57,011 nt of DNA, from the IMG/VR virus record IMGVR_UViG_3300028260_000001, positions 248,333 through 305,343 of that record. The stretch is one strand, 5' to 3'. The position numbers and the translations under genes were made by a program. The notes below the pieces were generated by a model. It was not told the origin of the DNA and made no database searches. It saw only the letters and a list, made by a program, of their open reading frames with translations. Shown here in pieces: positions 35,909 through 44,690 of the stretch (within the stretch, counting starts at the first letter, position 1; the number at the start of each line of letters is the position of its first letter). This DNA comes from a virus. Its lineage: Duplodnaviria > Heunggongvirae > Uroviricota > Caudoviricetes.

Positions 35909-38041
35909 TTACGCTACGCGCTTGAACATGAATGCCGACTGTACCAGCACGCCCTTGAAGAACTCCAGGTAAGCACCGTCGAGGGTGATAACACGGAAGC
36001 GGCACAGGATACGCTGTGCTTCAGTCGCACGCTTGTACATGCCTTTGATGGCATCGATCAGCGCCTGGTGGGTATAGCTCGAAACGAGTTGCGCTTCGGT
36101 GTTCAGCTTGGCGTCAGTCAGATCCGCCAGCACCCAACCAGTTTGCAGGTTGATGAACGAATCGTTGATCGAGAACACGATGTCGCCTTCTTCTGCTTCG
36201 ATGCGATGCAGCTGTACCGCACGTGCCAGGATCAGCGAAGCCGCTTCTTTCAGCAACTTGATGAACTTAGGATCGTAGTTGGTATTCAGCTCGTCGAACA
36301 GTGGGGTGATATCATCAACGAAGTCATCGATATCGATATCGAGAGACATTGCGTCTTTCAGATAGCTGTTGACTTCAGCGGTCAAACGATCGTTGATGAA
36401 GTTGAACACGCGGTCGGACAACAGACCCTGACGGTTAGCCAGGGCGAAGTCTTTTGCGATCTGTTGCAGATCGTTGGTATCCAACGAAGTCATCAGGGTG
36501 TCGAAGCAATCCTGGTCGATGTCGATCAGGTGAGTACGGGTAGAACCGTATTCGTGCGACGGCAGCTTGGCTTCTTTCGGAAGACCCAGTTCAGCACGCA
36601 GAACCTTACGCGATTCGACTTCGTTTTCCATGTCGGTAGTACCCTGGAAATCGATAGCCATTTTAACTGGTTGAGTTTCGTCAGCCAGTTGGAGTTCTTT
36701 TACTTCAGGCAGCGGAAGCATGTCGTTGATCTGGGTGTGGATCTTCAACGCTGTCAGACGTACCTCACCATCTGGTTTGTATGCAGCACCACGCAGATCA
36801 GCATCGATCTCGTGACGCATGTAATCCATGGTTTCATTCATTTCAACAATGCTCTCTTGAACCATGCCGTCTGGCCACTTCGTATAGAAGCGGATAAACT
36901 TCTCAGGGTTCACCATCTGGGTATAAACGAAGGTATCATTACGAGTCACGGTCCAGTCAGTCTGGTAGGCCGGACGAGTTACAACACCACCTGGGGAATA
37001 GATGTAATCGTAAGGACGTTCACGATCGATGTTTACGCCTTGTGGGACGTAATAGTCAGGATCGAGAATCACATCACGAGCAGAAGTCGGAATCGGACGA
37101 TCCAGTTCTTCTACAGGTACGATTGGCTGTGGGTTAATCGGCGGTGCGACTTCAGCTACAGACACGCCATAGCTTTCCACTGGGTTCAGTGCGCCCGGTG
37201 TAGCAGCAGGTTGTACAGCCATCGGTTGTGGGGTAGGTTCTGCAGATGGGATACCATAATCCATACCGGTGTTACCAGTACCCGACAGAGATTGCACAGC
37301 CATTGCTGGTTGTACACTCAGGGACTGATGACCGACTGCCATGCTGGCCAGTTGCATCGGTGCACGTTGAACCATTTGTTGCTGACCATATTGCATCGAA
37401 GCACCCACTGGAGGCAGTTGACCCATGCCTGGTTGCTGCATGGAAACCATCTGACCTTGCTGATACATTTGCTGTTGTTGTGGTGCCATCATGCGACCCG
37501 AGCGATAAGCTTGGATGTCTTGCAGGATAGCTCCATAAACCTGGGAGTACTTCTGGATGTCATTCACGGCAGCTTGATCGTTGCCAACGAATTGCATCAG
37601 TTGCGGTTGTGCAGCGACACAAGTCGACAGATAACATTTGAACATGGTATCTGCAGCTTTAGCTACTGCGGTTGGTGGTGGGTTGTTTTGCCCTTGTACG
37701 ACCACGAGGAATTCGAAGAACCCCGCGAGGTGATCTACCCACTGCATCCAGACTTGGTTCTGGAAACGGTTCTGGGAGATCTGGTTATATGCCCAGCTGT
37801 GCAGACAGCTACGTTGGGAACGTTCTTGCAGACGAAGCCGGAACGTAGCTACAGCTTGCATCAGATATTGCTGAGCCTGGGGATTCTGGAAGAGCTGAGT
37901 CTGCGGAATCTGGATCTGAATATCGTTGCTGTGAGGCAGGTTCGGGTTGAATGTGCTTTGATCGATCTGGTTCAGTGCAATGTTTGCGAGATACTGCACT
38001 TGTGGTTGCTGAGGCTGTTGCATCATTTGCTGCTGGTACAT
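35909..38041 (-). CDS. Large conserved hypothetical protein with Gln/Met/Pro-rich low-complexity regions
   Basis: 710 aa, strong codon bias, AGGA RBS, early-promoter motif upstream. Confidence 0.8.
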   Translation of the reverse strand: MYQQQMMQQPQQPQVQYLANIALNQIDQSTFNPNLPHSNDIQIQIPQTQLFQNPQAQQYLMQAVATFRLRLQERSQRSCLHSWAYNQISQNRFQNQVWMQWVDHLAGFFEFLVVVQGQNNPPPTAVAKAADTMFKCYLSTCVAAQPQLMQFVGNDQAAVNDIQKYSQVYGAILQDIQAYRSGRMMAPQQQQMYQQGQMVSMQQPGMGQLPPVGASMQYGQQQMVQRAPMQLASMAVGHQSLSVQPAMAVQSLSGTGNTGMDYGIPSAEPTPQPMAVQPAATPGALNPVESYGVSVAEVAPPINPQPIVPVEELDRPIPTSARDVILDPDYYVPQGVNIDRERPYDYIYSPGGVVTRPAYQTDWTVTRNDTFVYTQMVNPEKFIRFYTKWPDGMVQESIVEMNETMDYMRHEIDADLRGAAYKPDGEVRLTALKIHTQINDMLPLPEVKELQLADETQPVKMAIDFQGTTDMENEVESRKVLRAELGLPKEAKLPSHEYGSTRTHLIDIDQDCFDTLMTSLDTNDLQQIAKDFALANRQGLLSDRVFNFINDRLTAEVNSYLKDAMSLDIDIDDFVDDITPLFDELNTNYDPKFIKLLKEAASLILARAVQLHRIEAEEGDIVFSINDSFINLQTGWVLADLTDAKLNTEAQLVSSYTHQALIDAIKGMYKRATEAQRILCRFRVITLDGAYLEFFKGVLVQSAFMFKRVA

Positions 38042-38100
38042 GCTTTTTCCTGTTTGGAGAATTGCATAGGGGCTACCCCTTCTGTGTGGATCTTACCCCT

Positions 38101-38122
38101 GTGATATAGATCTGAGATATTA
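38101..38122 (-). promoter_or_regulatory. Phage early promoter (virion RNAP)
   Basis: Minus strand TAATATCTCAGATCTATATCAC; one of three copies; resembles the phiKZ early TATTAC consensus. Confidence 0.65.
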
Positions 38123-39775
38123 TCGACTGAAGCGTGCTTGTGCTGCGTCGATTCGTTCTCGGACTTCGTCACGTCGTTCGATCAAACCGTCATGACGGAA
38201 TTTGGCGAACAGGTTAAGACGGCCACGACCATCGGGGTTATTCTTCGGCTGGTTTCGATACTGACACACTTCTGCAATAGATGCGTTCAGCAATCGAGTG
38301 TTATCCGCCAGCAGGGACTTGTTGTGAGCCAATGCTGACTTAGCTCGATCCTGAGGTACCAGAATCGACGTACAACGAATTACTTTGTTAGACCCTGGCA
38401 TAGACAACGTATCAAGCTCGCCGTGCTCAGAGGTCAACTTACGAATGGCTGTGTTCAGTTTGAACGAACGTTTCAAGCCATCGTTGAGTTCCTGGATAGA
38501 CCACTCGGTTTTATCCCGACGGCCTTGGAACATATACGAGAACATGGATACCGCGTAGTTGAAGTCTTCCATCACATACGGCAGTACAGTCAGTCGCTTG
38601 TTATACATCGACGTTTCATCAATGTCGGATGCATACAAGTGGTGAGCCATGTCTGTCATGATCGAATGAAACAGTTCCCAAATGCTACTGGCTTTCACCC
38701 CAACAGAATGGAGTTCTTCCATGGTCATCTCGTCGAGAGTTGTTTCCAAGGAATACATGTGGGACTTGATGTTCTCTGCAACTTTACCCTGGTGCTCGAA
38801 GTCACCGAAGACCATGTGGCCCAAGATGATTCGCCACAGATCAATGCTGTCTGCGTAATGGGGTTCTACAAACCGGTTAGGGAATGTATCAACCACATAC
38901 CAGAAACCCGCTACCAATCGCTTAACCAGATCAGTTTCCTGATGTGCTGGAACCACGAGAACATGATCACCGGTTGGGTGGTTGTTCGTCAAGTGGGCAG
39001 ACTGATACACGTTCCATTGGTCACGTGGGTATTTCTCTGGTGGGAAATCTTTCAGATAACCAACCTGTACATCCGCACCCGCCCATTGCTTGAACGTTTG
39101 CGTGACACCGAACTGTGCGAAGAAATACTGAGCGAGTGAAGACTCAATACGTTCACGCTTGTCGTAGTCTTTCTTTGTACGTTTACCCATCTCGTTGTGA
39201 ATCTGAGACCAGATAACGTACATGATCTTGCGCTGGCCATTACAGAAGTAGTGATGCGACTTCTGCTTGAATGTCAGTTTGGTACGACGGAACGGAATGA
39301 AGATGCTACCGTTCAGTACCGAGAAGCCCACGTCTTTAGACACTGGCGATACAGTGTAGTTTGCGCCGTTCAGTGTGACAATGCCACCATCACCAACATA
39401 TGGCAACAACAACGGACGAGGGAACAGCGGTTCGTTTTTGTAGGTGAAGTTCAAGTTCACCATGTAAGTGTTGGTCTTAGCGATGTTTGCAATCCGCTTG
39501 GAACCATACTCACGAGTAATCTCATCGAAATGCTTCCACGCTGTTACCAACGTGTTCCCGACATACTTGAAATCATCAGGCCAACTAGAAGCGTTAATTG
39601 CCATGATCTTATCGATTTCTTTACGGGTCATGTTCATCCCCGTATCTTCATCGATTGACATCATCTGTTCCACGGCGATGCCATTGGCCAGGATAGGATT
39701 CATCCGTGGCATTCTTGCTACGATACCAGCAATTAGTTTCGGGTCCAAACTACTTCTCTCCTTTGAGGCTGTCAA
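38120..39775 (-). CDS. Non-virion RNA polymerase beta subunit, N-terminal part (phiKZ gp123-like)
   Basis: P.MN..LANG.A, LLPYV..GG...LNG..Y resembles the RpoB N-terminal P.MT..G.FIING; P.GR..LN at the C-terminus; synteny. Confidence 0.75.
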   Translation of the reverse strand: MTASKERSSLDPKLIAGIVARMPRMNPILANGIAVEQMMSIDEDTGMNMTRKEIDKIMAINASSWPDDFKYVGNTLVTAWKHFDEITREYGSKRIANIAKTNTYMVNLNFTYKNEPLFPRPLLLPYVGDGGIVTLNGANYTVSPVSKDVGFSVLNGSIFIPFRRTKLTFKQKSHHYFCNGQRKIMYVIWSQIHNEMGKRTKKDYDKRERIESSLAQYFFAQFGVTQTFKQWAGADVQVGYLKDFPPEKYPRDQWNVYQSAHLTNNHPTGDHVLVVPAHQETDLVKRLVAGFWYVVDTFPNRFVEPHYADSIDLWRIILGHMVFGDFEHQGKVAENIKSHMYSLETTLDEMTMEELHSVGVKASSIWELFHSIMTDMAHHLYASDIDETSMYNKRLTVLPYVMEDFNYAVSMFSYMFQGRRDKTEWSIQELNDGLKRSFKLNTAIRKLTSEHGELDTLSMPGSNKVIRCTSILVPQDRAKSALAHNKSLLADNTRLLNASIAEVCQYRNQPKNNPDGRGRLNLFAKFRHDGLIERRDEVRERIDAAQARFSR

Positions 39776-40910
39776 AGATCTTGATGATTGCCTCGATGCC
39801 TTTCGGACCGGTAATCAACAGACCCACCGCACCCTGAACGAGCGATAGGACTGCTGCACGTTTAACGTTCGTGCTGGCTTCTTTCTTATCAGTTCGTTGA
39901 TCATGGTACGCGCGTTCTTCTCTGCTCAGCTGCAACGCCTCGCGGAGTTCTCGAGATTCACGCTCGGCTTCTTTAATCCGCCGTTCGTACTCTCTGTTCT
40001 CTGCTTCGCGCTGTAGCTTTTCTTCATTCTGTCGACGGTCATAAGCCGTCTGTTCTTCTTTTTGCCGCCGTTCGAATTCTCTGTCTACCTGCTGTTGATA
40101 AGCTTTCTGTGCTTGAGCAATTTCTGCTGCGGTCTCACCCCGTGCTGCTGCCGCATCTTGCTCAGTCATGTAAAAACCATTCGCTGACAATTCGTCAATA
40201 CGATAAGTTCGTTCAGTACCATTCGAATGGATAATAAGTCCTTCGGGCTGGTTGGGGTCATTCTGGTTCTTACACAAGAACCTTGTAGTCGTGCCTTTTA
40301 GATTAAGCCAAATCCCCTCGATGCAATAATCAATCTTGTTAAAGGAAGCAGTAATACCTTCACCAGTATATTCGATTGCTGGTGGGCGATAGTCCGCTGG
40401 ATAGATCGGTGCATCTTTGTGATATTTCGCCAGGCGCACTACGATGCCTAGGGCTTCGATGTGAACACCGCCTGGAGACCGCTGGAGCATTTCTAGAGGG
40501 ATATCCCAATAGAAGTATAGCGTACCAGTTGTAGCAGCTTGAGCATGTTCGAGATCTTGTCCTTTCAGAGCCTTGTCGATATAATCAACCATCTCTGCAG
40601 GAACATGTTGCATGAGTTCGTGCATACCCAAGTAATCAGGTCTAGCACCACCACAAGGTTTCAACGACACCTCAACCCGCACTACTTCGGGATTAGACGG
40701 AGAGCGCGGATCGAGATGATGCGGAATACAAAGATTATCCCAAGTAACAATCTCCATCCGTGTACGGTTCTCGATGTTCACGGATTTGACTAGAGTTGCA
40801 TACTTGGGATTAGATACCGGGAAAGTATCTGTCTTTGTATTGGGCTTGGTGGTTGGGGTTTTATTAAACCCGGTAATACGAGAGAATGGATCGATGATGC
40901 TTGACGTCAT
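39750..40910 (-). CDS. Hypothetical protein with charged coiled coil and hydrophobic C-terminus (gp122-like)
   Basis: E/R/Q-rich helix followed by AAVLSLVQGAVGLLITG. Confidence 0.7.
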   Translation of the reverse strand: MTSSIIDPFSRITGFNKTPTTKPNTKTDTFPVSNPKYATLVKSVNIENRTRMEIVTWDNLCIPHHLDPRSPSNPEVVRVEVSLKPCGGARPDYLGMHELMQHVPAEMVDYIDKALKGQDLEHAQAATTGTLYFYWDIPLEMLQRSPGGVHIEALGIVVRLAKYHKDAPIYPADYRPPAIEYTGEGITASFNKIDYCIEGIWLNLKGTTTRFLCKNQNDPNQPEGLIIHSNGTERTYRIDELSANGFYMTEQDAAAARGETAAEIAQAQKAYQQQVDREFERRQKEEQTAYDRRQNEEKLQREAENREYERRIKEAERESRELREALQLSREERAYHDQRTDKKEASTNVKRAAVLSLVQGAVGLLITGPKGIEAIIKIFDSLKGEK

Positions 40911-40915
40911 AAAAG

Positions 40916-41533
40916 CTATTCCAACCTGAACCCGAAGTCCAGATCACTCAGGTTTACGTTTTCCGGTGTCTGGGCTTCTTGTGTACTACCACTGTCTCGG
41001 TTACCGTTTTTCCGAGGACTCTTGTTTCCCGCTTTTGGGTTTTTACTTCCGGCTGCGGCGGCTCTTCTTTGTTGTCTGTTTCCACCGACGGTGGCGGCTT
41101 CACTACCTTTGGTAGCTTTACCCGCTTTCGCTGGACTAGCCCCCCTCCTTGACGACTTCTTGGTCGCCGGTTTGGGTATAGTGTCAGCTACAGCATTTTG
41201 TGGTTCAGGTTGTACAGGATTATTCGCTTCAGTATTTTTTCTCCTTTTATCCATTTCCTCATCAAGGTCGATAACCTTGAAGTCGATCTCGGATTGCTCC
41301 GGCGTAGCTGTAGCCTCGACTACTGGTTCAACTACGGGTTCATCCGACAGTTGGACATCAGGGGTCGTTATATAACCATTCTCCTTTGTCTTACGTTTGT
41401 CTATCTCACGGATGCGGACAGGTGCGTCTACCCCGCTATAATAGTCGAACGGATATGGAGCATTAACCATGGCTGAGAAATCACCATGGAAGTTGTTTTT
41501 GAGTACGTTATCAAACCGATCAAAAAAGTCCAT
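40916..41533 (-). CDS. Largely disordered hypothetical protein; start corrected to 41533
   Basis: GAGGA RBS before MDFFDRF; early promoter about 40 nt upstream; K/A/S/N-rich tail. Confidence 0.7.
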   Translation of the reverse strand: MDFFDRFDNVLKNNFHGDFSAMVNAPYPFDYYSGVDAPVRIREIDKRKTKENGYITTPDVQLSDEPVVEPVVEATATPEQSEIDFKVIDLDEEMDKRRKNTEANNPVQPEPQNAVADTIPKPATKKSSRRGASPAKAGKATKGSEAATVGGNRQQRRAAAAGSKNPKAGNKSPRKNGNRDSGSTQEAQTPENVNLSDLDFGFRLE

Positions 41534-41574
41534 GGCTAAATCCTCAGACAGGTCTTGTGGGTTACTGCAATAAC

Positions 41575-41596
41575 GTAATATAGATCTGAGATTTTT
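41575..41596 (-). promoter_or_regulatory. Phage early promoter for the operon containing the nvRNAP subunit
   Basis: Minus strand AAAAATCTCAGATCTATATTAC, just downstream of the MCP terminator. Confidence 0.75.
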
Positions 41597-41612
41597 TGTA
41601 GTCACGTTAGAC

Positions 41613-41648
41613 GGCATAAAGCCCAGCCTAAGCTGGGCAGTATGTTTA
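41613..41648 (-). terminator. MCP operon terminator
   Basis: Minus strand TAAACATACT-GCCCAGC-TTAG-GCTGGGC-TTTATGCC. Confidence 0.85.
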
Positions 41649-41732
41649 AGCTTCTAGGTACCGTTGGGTAGTACCGTCTTCAAAGTACCGGATTGTACCG
41701 TCTTCGTATCGACGGACTATTCCCGGATCCCT
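41646..41732 (-). other. Putative in-frame readthrough extension of the MCP (28 codons plus TAA)
   Basis: After CCT-TGA the same frame reads RDPGIVRRYEDGTIRYFEDGTTQRYLEA*; no internal start codon; its TAA abuts the terminator. Confidence 0.7.
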
Positions 41733-43958
41733 TCAAGGCTGCTTAACAGCATCGATCAGTGGTTTGTTCCACTGCGATTTGCCCATTACTTCTTCCAGAC
41801 CAGTGATGGTCAGGTTGATAGCGAACGGGATGTTGTTAACGTGCAGGTTGAATGGAACAGCTGCGATCTCACGAGTCACTTGCTGGCCACCACGAGTGAT
41901 CGGCAGGTCAGCGATGACAGTCGATACGTAGAAGAACTGACCGAAGGACAGGATGTCGTTTTCGGTTGGGTTCTTACGAGTAGGAACGATCACCAGCTTA
42001 CCATCGAACAGTTCGTTGTTGGTAGTTACCAGGTCGTACTCGAGGATTGCACCCAGGGTACGGTCGTCGCCTTGAGTCATCAGGTAGTTACCGATTTCTT
42101 TGTCGGTAGCGAAGATGAACATTGGCTTCTCGTCTTGGTTGCCCGAGATCACACGGAACGCAGCTTCGATGTTCGATTCACGGTAGGCCGGGAACAGAAT
42201 ACCTTTAGCGAAGTTCAGGATGGTCGAGCAGACGTCTTGCCAGCGATCTTGCGACTTCAGAGTGTCGATGTGATCTGGCAGGTGCAGCGAACCTTCACGG
42301 TAGGTCGGACGCATCATGATGCTCAGAGCACCTTCAACAGCACCGAACTTCGGACGGTCGTAGCCGTTACCAACAACTTCTTTCAGCTGAGCCAGGTAGT
42401 TCAGCAGACGTTTAACAGCGTTGTTGCTGTTACGGATGTTGGTGTTGACAGTCAGCGCCTTAACAACGTCGCCTGGACCTTGCTCATCCATGGTGGACAT
42501 TGGCAGGGTAACTGGGGCGTGCATCGGGATCGGGTGACGGAACTGGATCGCACGAGTTTGCAGCAGGTGACCACGCTGACGACGGTTAGTGTTGGTGAAC
42601 TTCAGGTCGAGGTCGTAACCAACAACTTCCAGAGCGCCAACAGCGTCAACGATAGCTTTACCATCGCCGGATTCGATCGAGATCAGCTTACGGTCTTCGT
42701 CGACGATACGGTCGATTTCGATACCGGTAGCGCCGTAACGAGCGTCACCACGAGAAGTGGATACCGAACCGTTGAAGCTTACGCTGATACGGGCAGTCCA
42801 CTTACGGTTAGCCAGTTCCTGCATTTGAGCGGAAACCGAACCGTCGATTGCTTTGGTGTCTTCGCCAACAACCAGATCTTCAGAGATGAAGTCCAGTTTA
42901 GCCAGACGGGTGTCACCGATCAGACCAGGCTGGAATACAGCGGTAGGCAGACGGTCAACTACGAAGCGAACGATCTTACCGTCGAACTTAACGTACAGCG
43001 CTTTCAGGCGGCCGCTTGGGTCGATGGTGTCGGAAATGTCCAGCATGCCTTTGTTGATCAGCAGGTTGGCGTTCGAGTTACCCATCAGGTCGATCTTCAC
43101 GTTTGGCTTCAGTGGGCCAGTAGTGATGGTCATGTTCTGTTCGTTGGTAACAGTGTGATGAGGAACTACAGCCGGATCGGTGAAGAACTTCAGGTTGGTA
43201 CCATCTGGATCAACAGCAGGGATCAGGTCGGTGCAGTTGTCATCCAGGATCGACGGGTCACGGTAGGCTTCTACCATGTTCACTTCTTCGTTAGCCAGCT
43301 TCTGGCCGCTAACAGCGTGGTACACGTCTTTCATTACAGCGATGTAAGGCAGGACCTGAACAACACCACCTTCTACCGGGTTAATAACGGTAGTTGGGTA
43401 CAGGCGTTCAGCGAACTCATCCTGACGGGAAGCTTCGAGGTTGTAACCAACGGTAACAACGCGGAAGTCACGCTGAGATTTTTCGTTGTAGTTTTCCAGA
43501 CCCAGGTGGTCTTGGAAGACTTGCAGGGAACCAGCAGGACCAGCGAATTCGTGACGGACGTTGTGGACATGCTCTTCGTTCGAGACTACTTCTTTAGCAA
43601 CGGCACGCAGAGCTTTCTTGTAAGCTTCTGGGTCGGCACAGGCGATAGCAGCAACGGTAGCAGCGCGCTGTTGGTTTTCGGTGATGTAGGCTTTGCCCGA
43701 CTTCTGAGTGAAGTGTTCGAAACCGTACTTCTTCATGGCTTCGCCGAGGGTCGAATACATTTGACCAGCAGTGCTACGACCGGATTCAGTGATGTCACCG
43801 AAGTTTTCTTGGCTGATGAACTCTACCAGGGATTTACCTTTGGCCAGAACGCTGTCGCCGTAGTTCTGTTCTGCTTCCAGGTGGCCAAGGAAGTCTTCCA
43901 TCGAGAAGCGAGTGTATTGCTTCTGGGCATTATGTTTAAACAGTGAATCGAGATTCAT
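41733..43958 (-). CDS. Major capsid protein (phiKZ gp120-like)
   Basis: 741 aa, extreme codon bias, propeptide with S/G-x-E sites (FSME, ISQE, VSNE, LGLE); RQDEFAE..YPT, TNTNRRQRG, PFNLHVNNIP; synteny with DnaB. Confidence 0.88.
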   Translation of the reverse strand: MNLDSLFKHNAQKQYTRFSMEDFLGHLEAEQNYGDSVLAKGKSLVEFISQENFGDITESGRSTAGQMYSTLGEAMKKYGFEHFTQKSGKAYITENQQRAATVAAIACADPEAYKKALRAVAKEVVSNEEHVHNVRHEFAGPAGSLQVFQDHLGLENYNEKSQRDFRVVTVGYNLEASRQDEFAERLYPTTVINPVEGGVVQVLPYIAVMKDVYHAVSGQKLANEEVNMVEAYRDPSILDDNCTDLIPAVDPDGTNLKFFTDPAVVPHHTVTNEQNMTITTGPLKPNVKIDLMGNSNANLLINKGMLDISDTIDPSGRLKALYVKFDGKIVRFVVDRLPTAVFQPGLIGDTRLAKLDFISEDLVVGEDTKAIDGSVSAQMQELANRKWTARISVSFNGSVSTSRGDARYGATGIEIDRIVDEDRKLISIESGDGKAIVDAVGALEVVGYDLDLKFTNTNRRQRGHLLQTRAIQFRHPIPMHAPVTLPMSTMDEQGPGDVVKALTVNTNIRNSNNAVKRLLNYLAQLKEVVGNGYDRPKFGAVEGALSIMMRPTYREGSLHLPDHIDTLKSQDRWQDVCSTILNFAKGILFPAYRESNIEAAFRVISGNQDEKPMFIFATDKEIGNYLMTQGDDRTLGAILEYDLVTTNNELFDGKLVIVPTRKNPTENDILSFGQFFYVSTVIADLPITRGGQQVTREIAAVPFNLHVNNIPFAINLTITGLEEVMGKSQWNKPLIDAVKQP

Positions 43959-44016
43959 GATCTATTCCTTCGAAGGGATGAGTTTTTGGTGGTGTTACAA
44001 AAATCTAGGGATGCAG

Positions 44017-44562
44017 TTACTTAGCCTGCAATGCCTCTAAATAATAAGTGAACAGATTTGTCGAAGCGACACTCTCGAAAGTGCGAGTTCGCATCAGTTC
44101 GCCGATCATACTATCAAATAATGTACGATTGGCCTTGATGGAGAGTCGAGCAGGATCGCCATTACCCGTGTGCAAACTCTTTTGCACAGCAACCCAAAGA
44201 TTCTCATCTACAGGATAAAGGCTGTATTCATAGCATTCGAGGCTAGGATGCAGCGCTTTAGTTAGTGCATTGTTGGTAATACGTCCTTCTACACGATTGT
44301 GTAGATCTTGCATCTTAAGGTTCGTAACACCTTCTGCACTCGCTAGTTGCATGAGCCCGGTAACCGGACTGTCTGCTAATTCAACTTTTGTAGCAGAACA
44401 AAATTTGAATGGGAATTTGTTTAGAGCGTCATTGATTGCAGCGAGATCGCTAACAGACGCAACGCTTGCCATATAGTTGATGTCAAGCAATTTGGTAAGC
44501 TGTACGCCGTCATTACGGAAATGTTCCAGCATGTCGGCAGGTAGTACTAACAGTTTGACCAT
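44017..44562 (-). CDS. Virion protein (gp119-like)
   Basis: Directly upstream of the MCP, divergent from dnaB. Confidence 0.7.
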   Translation of the reverse strand: MVKLLVLPADMLEHFRNDGVQLTKLLDINYMASVASVSDLAAINDALNKFPFKFCSATKVELADSPVTGLMQLASAEGVTNLKMQDLHNRVEGRITNNALTKALHPSLECYEYSLYPVDENLWVAVQKSLHTGNGDPARLSIKANRTLFDSMIGELMRTRTFESVASTNLFTYYLEALQAK

Positions 44563-44599
44563 TTGGAGGGCACCCCGTTGAATGTTGACGTTTCATAGC

Positions 44600-44615
44600 C
44601 TTATACATAGGGATA
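44600..44615 (-). promoter_or_regulatory. Candidate late promoter (TATG) for the gp119-MCP operon
   Basis: Minus strand CCCTATGTATAA about 45 nt upstream of the start; phiKZ late promoters carry TATG at the start site; a 4-mer is weak evidence on its own. Confidence 0.4.
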
Positions 44616-44690
44616 TGTAATAAACTACCTGTGAAGTTAATACTACATGGCTCATTATTAAAAACATTCACTCTCAGGAATACCGCTAAA

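Noticed and set aside
36068-38104. 678-aa antisense ORF, and similar ones at 3836..5011, 9839..12742, 17458..18243 and 25480..26535
   Set aside because: Same shadow-ORF effect opposite highly biased genes.
41664-43946. 760-aa plus-strand ORF antisense to the MCP
   Set aside because: It is in codon register with the MCP. Strong codon bias (few TTA/CTA/TCA) removes antisense stops; there is no RBS or protein-like motif.
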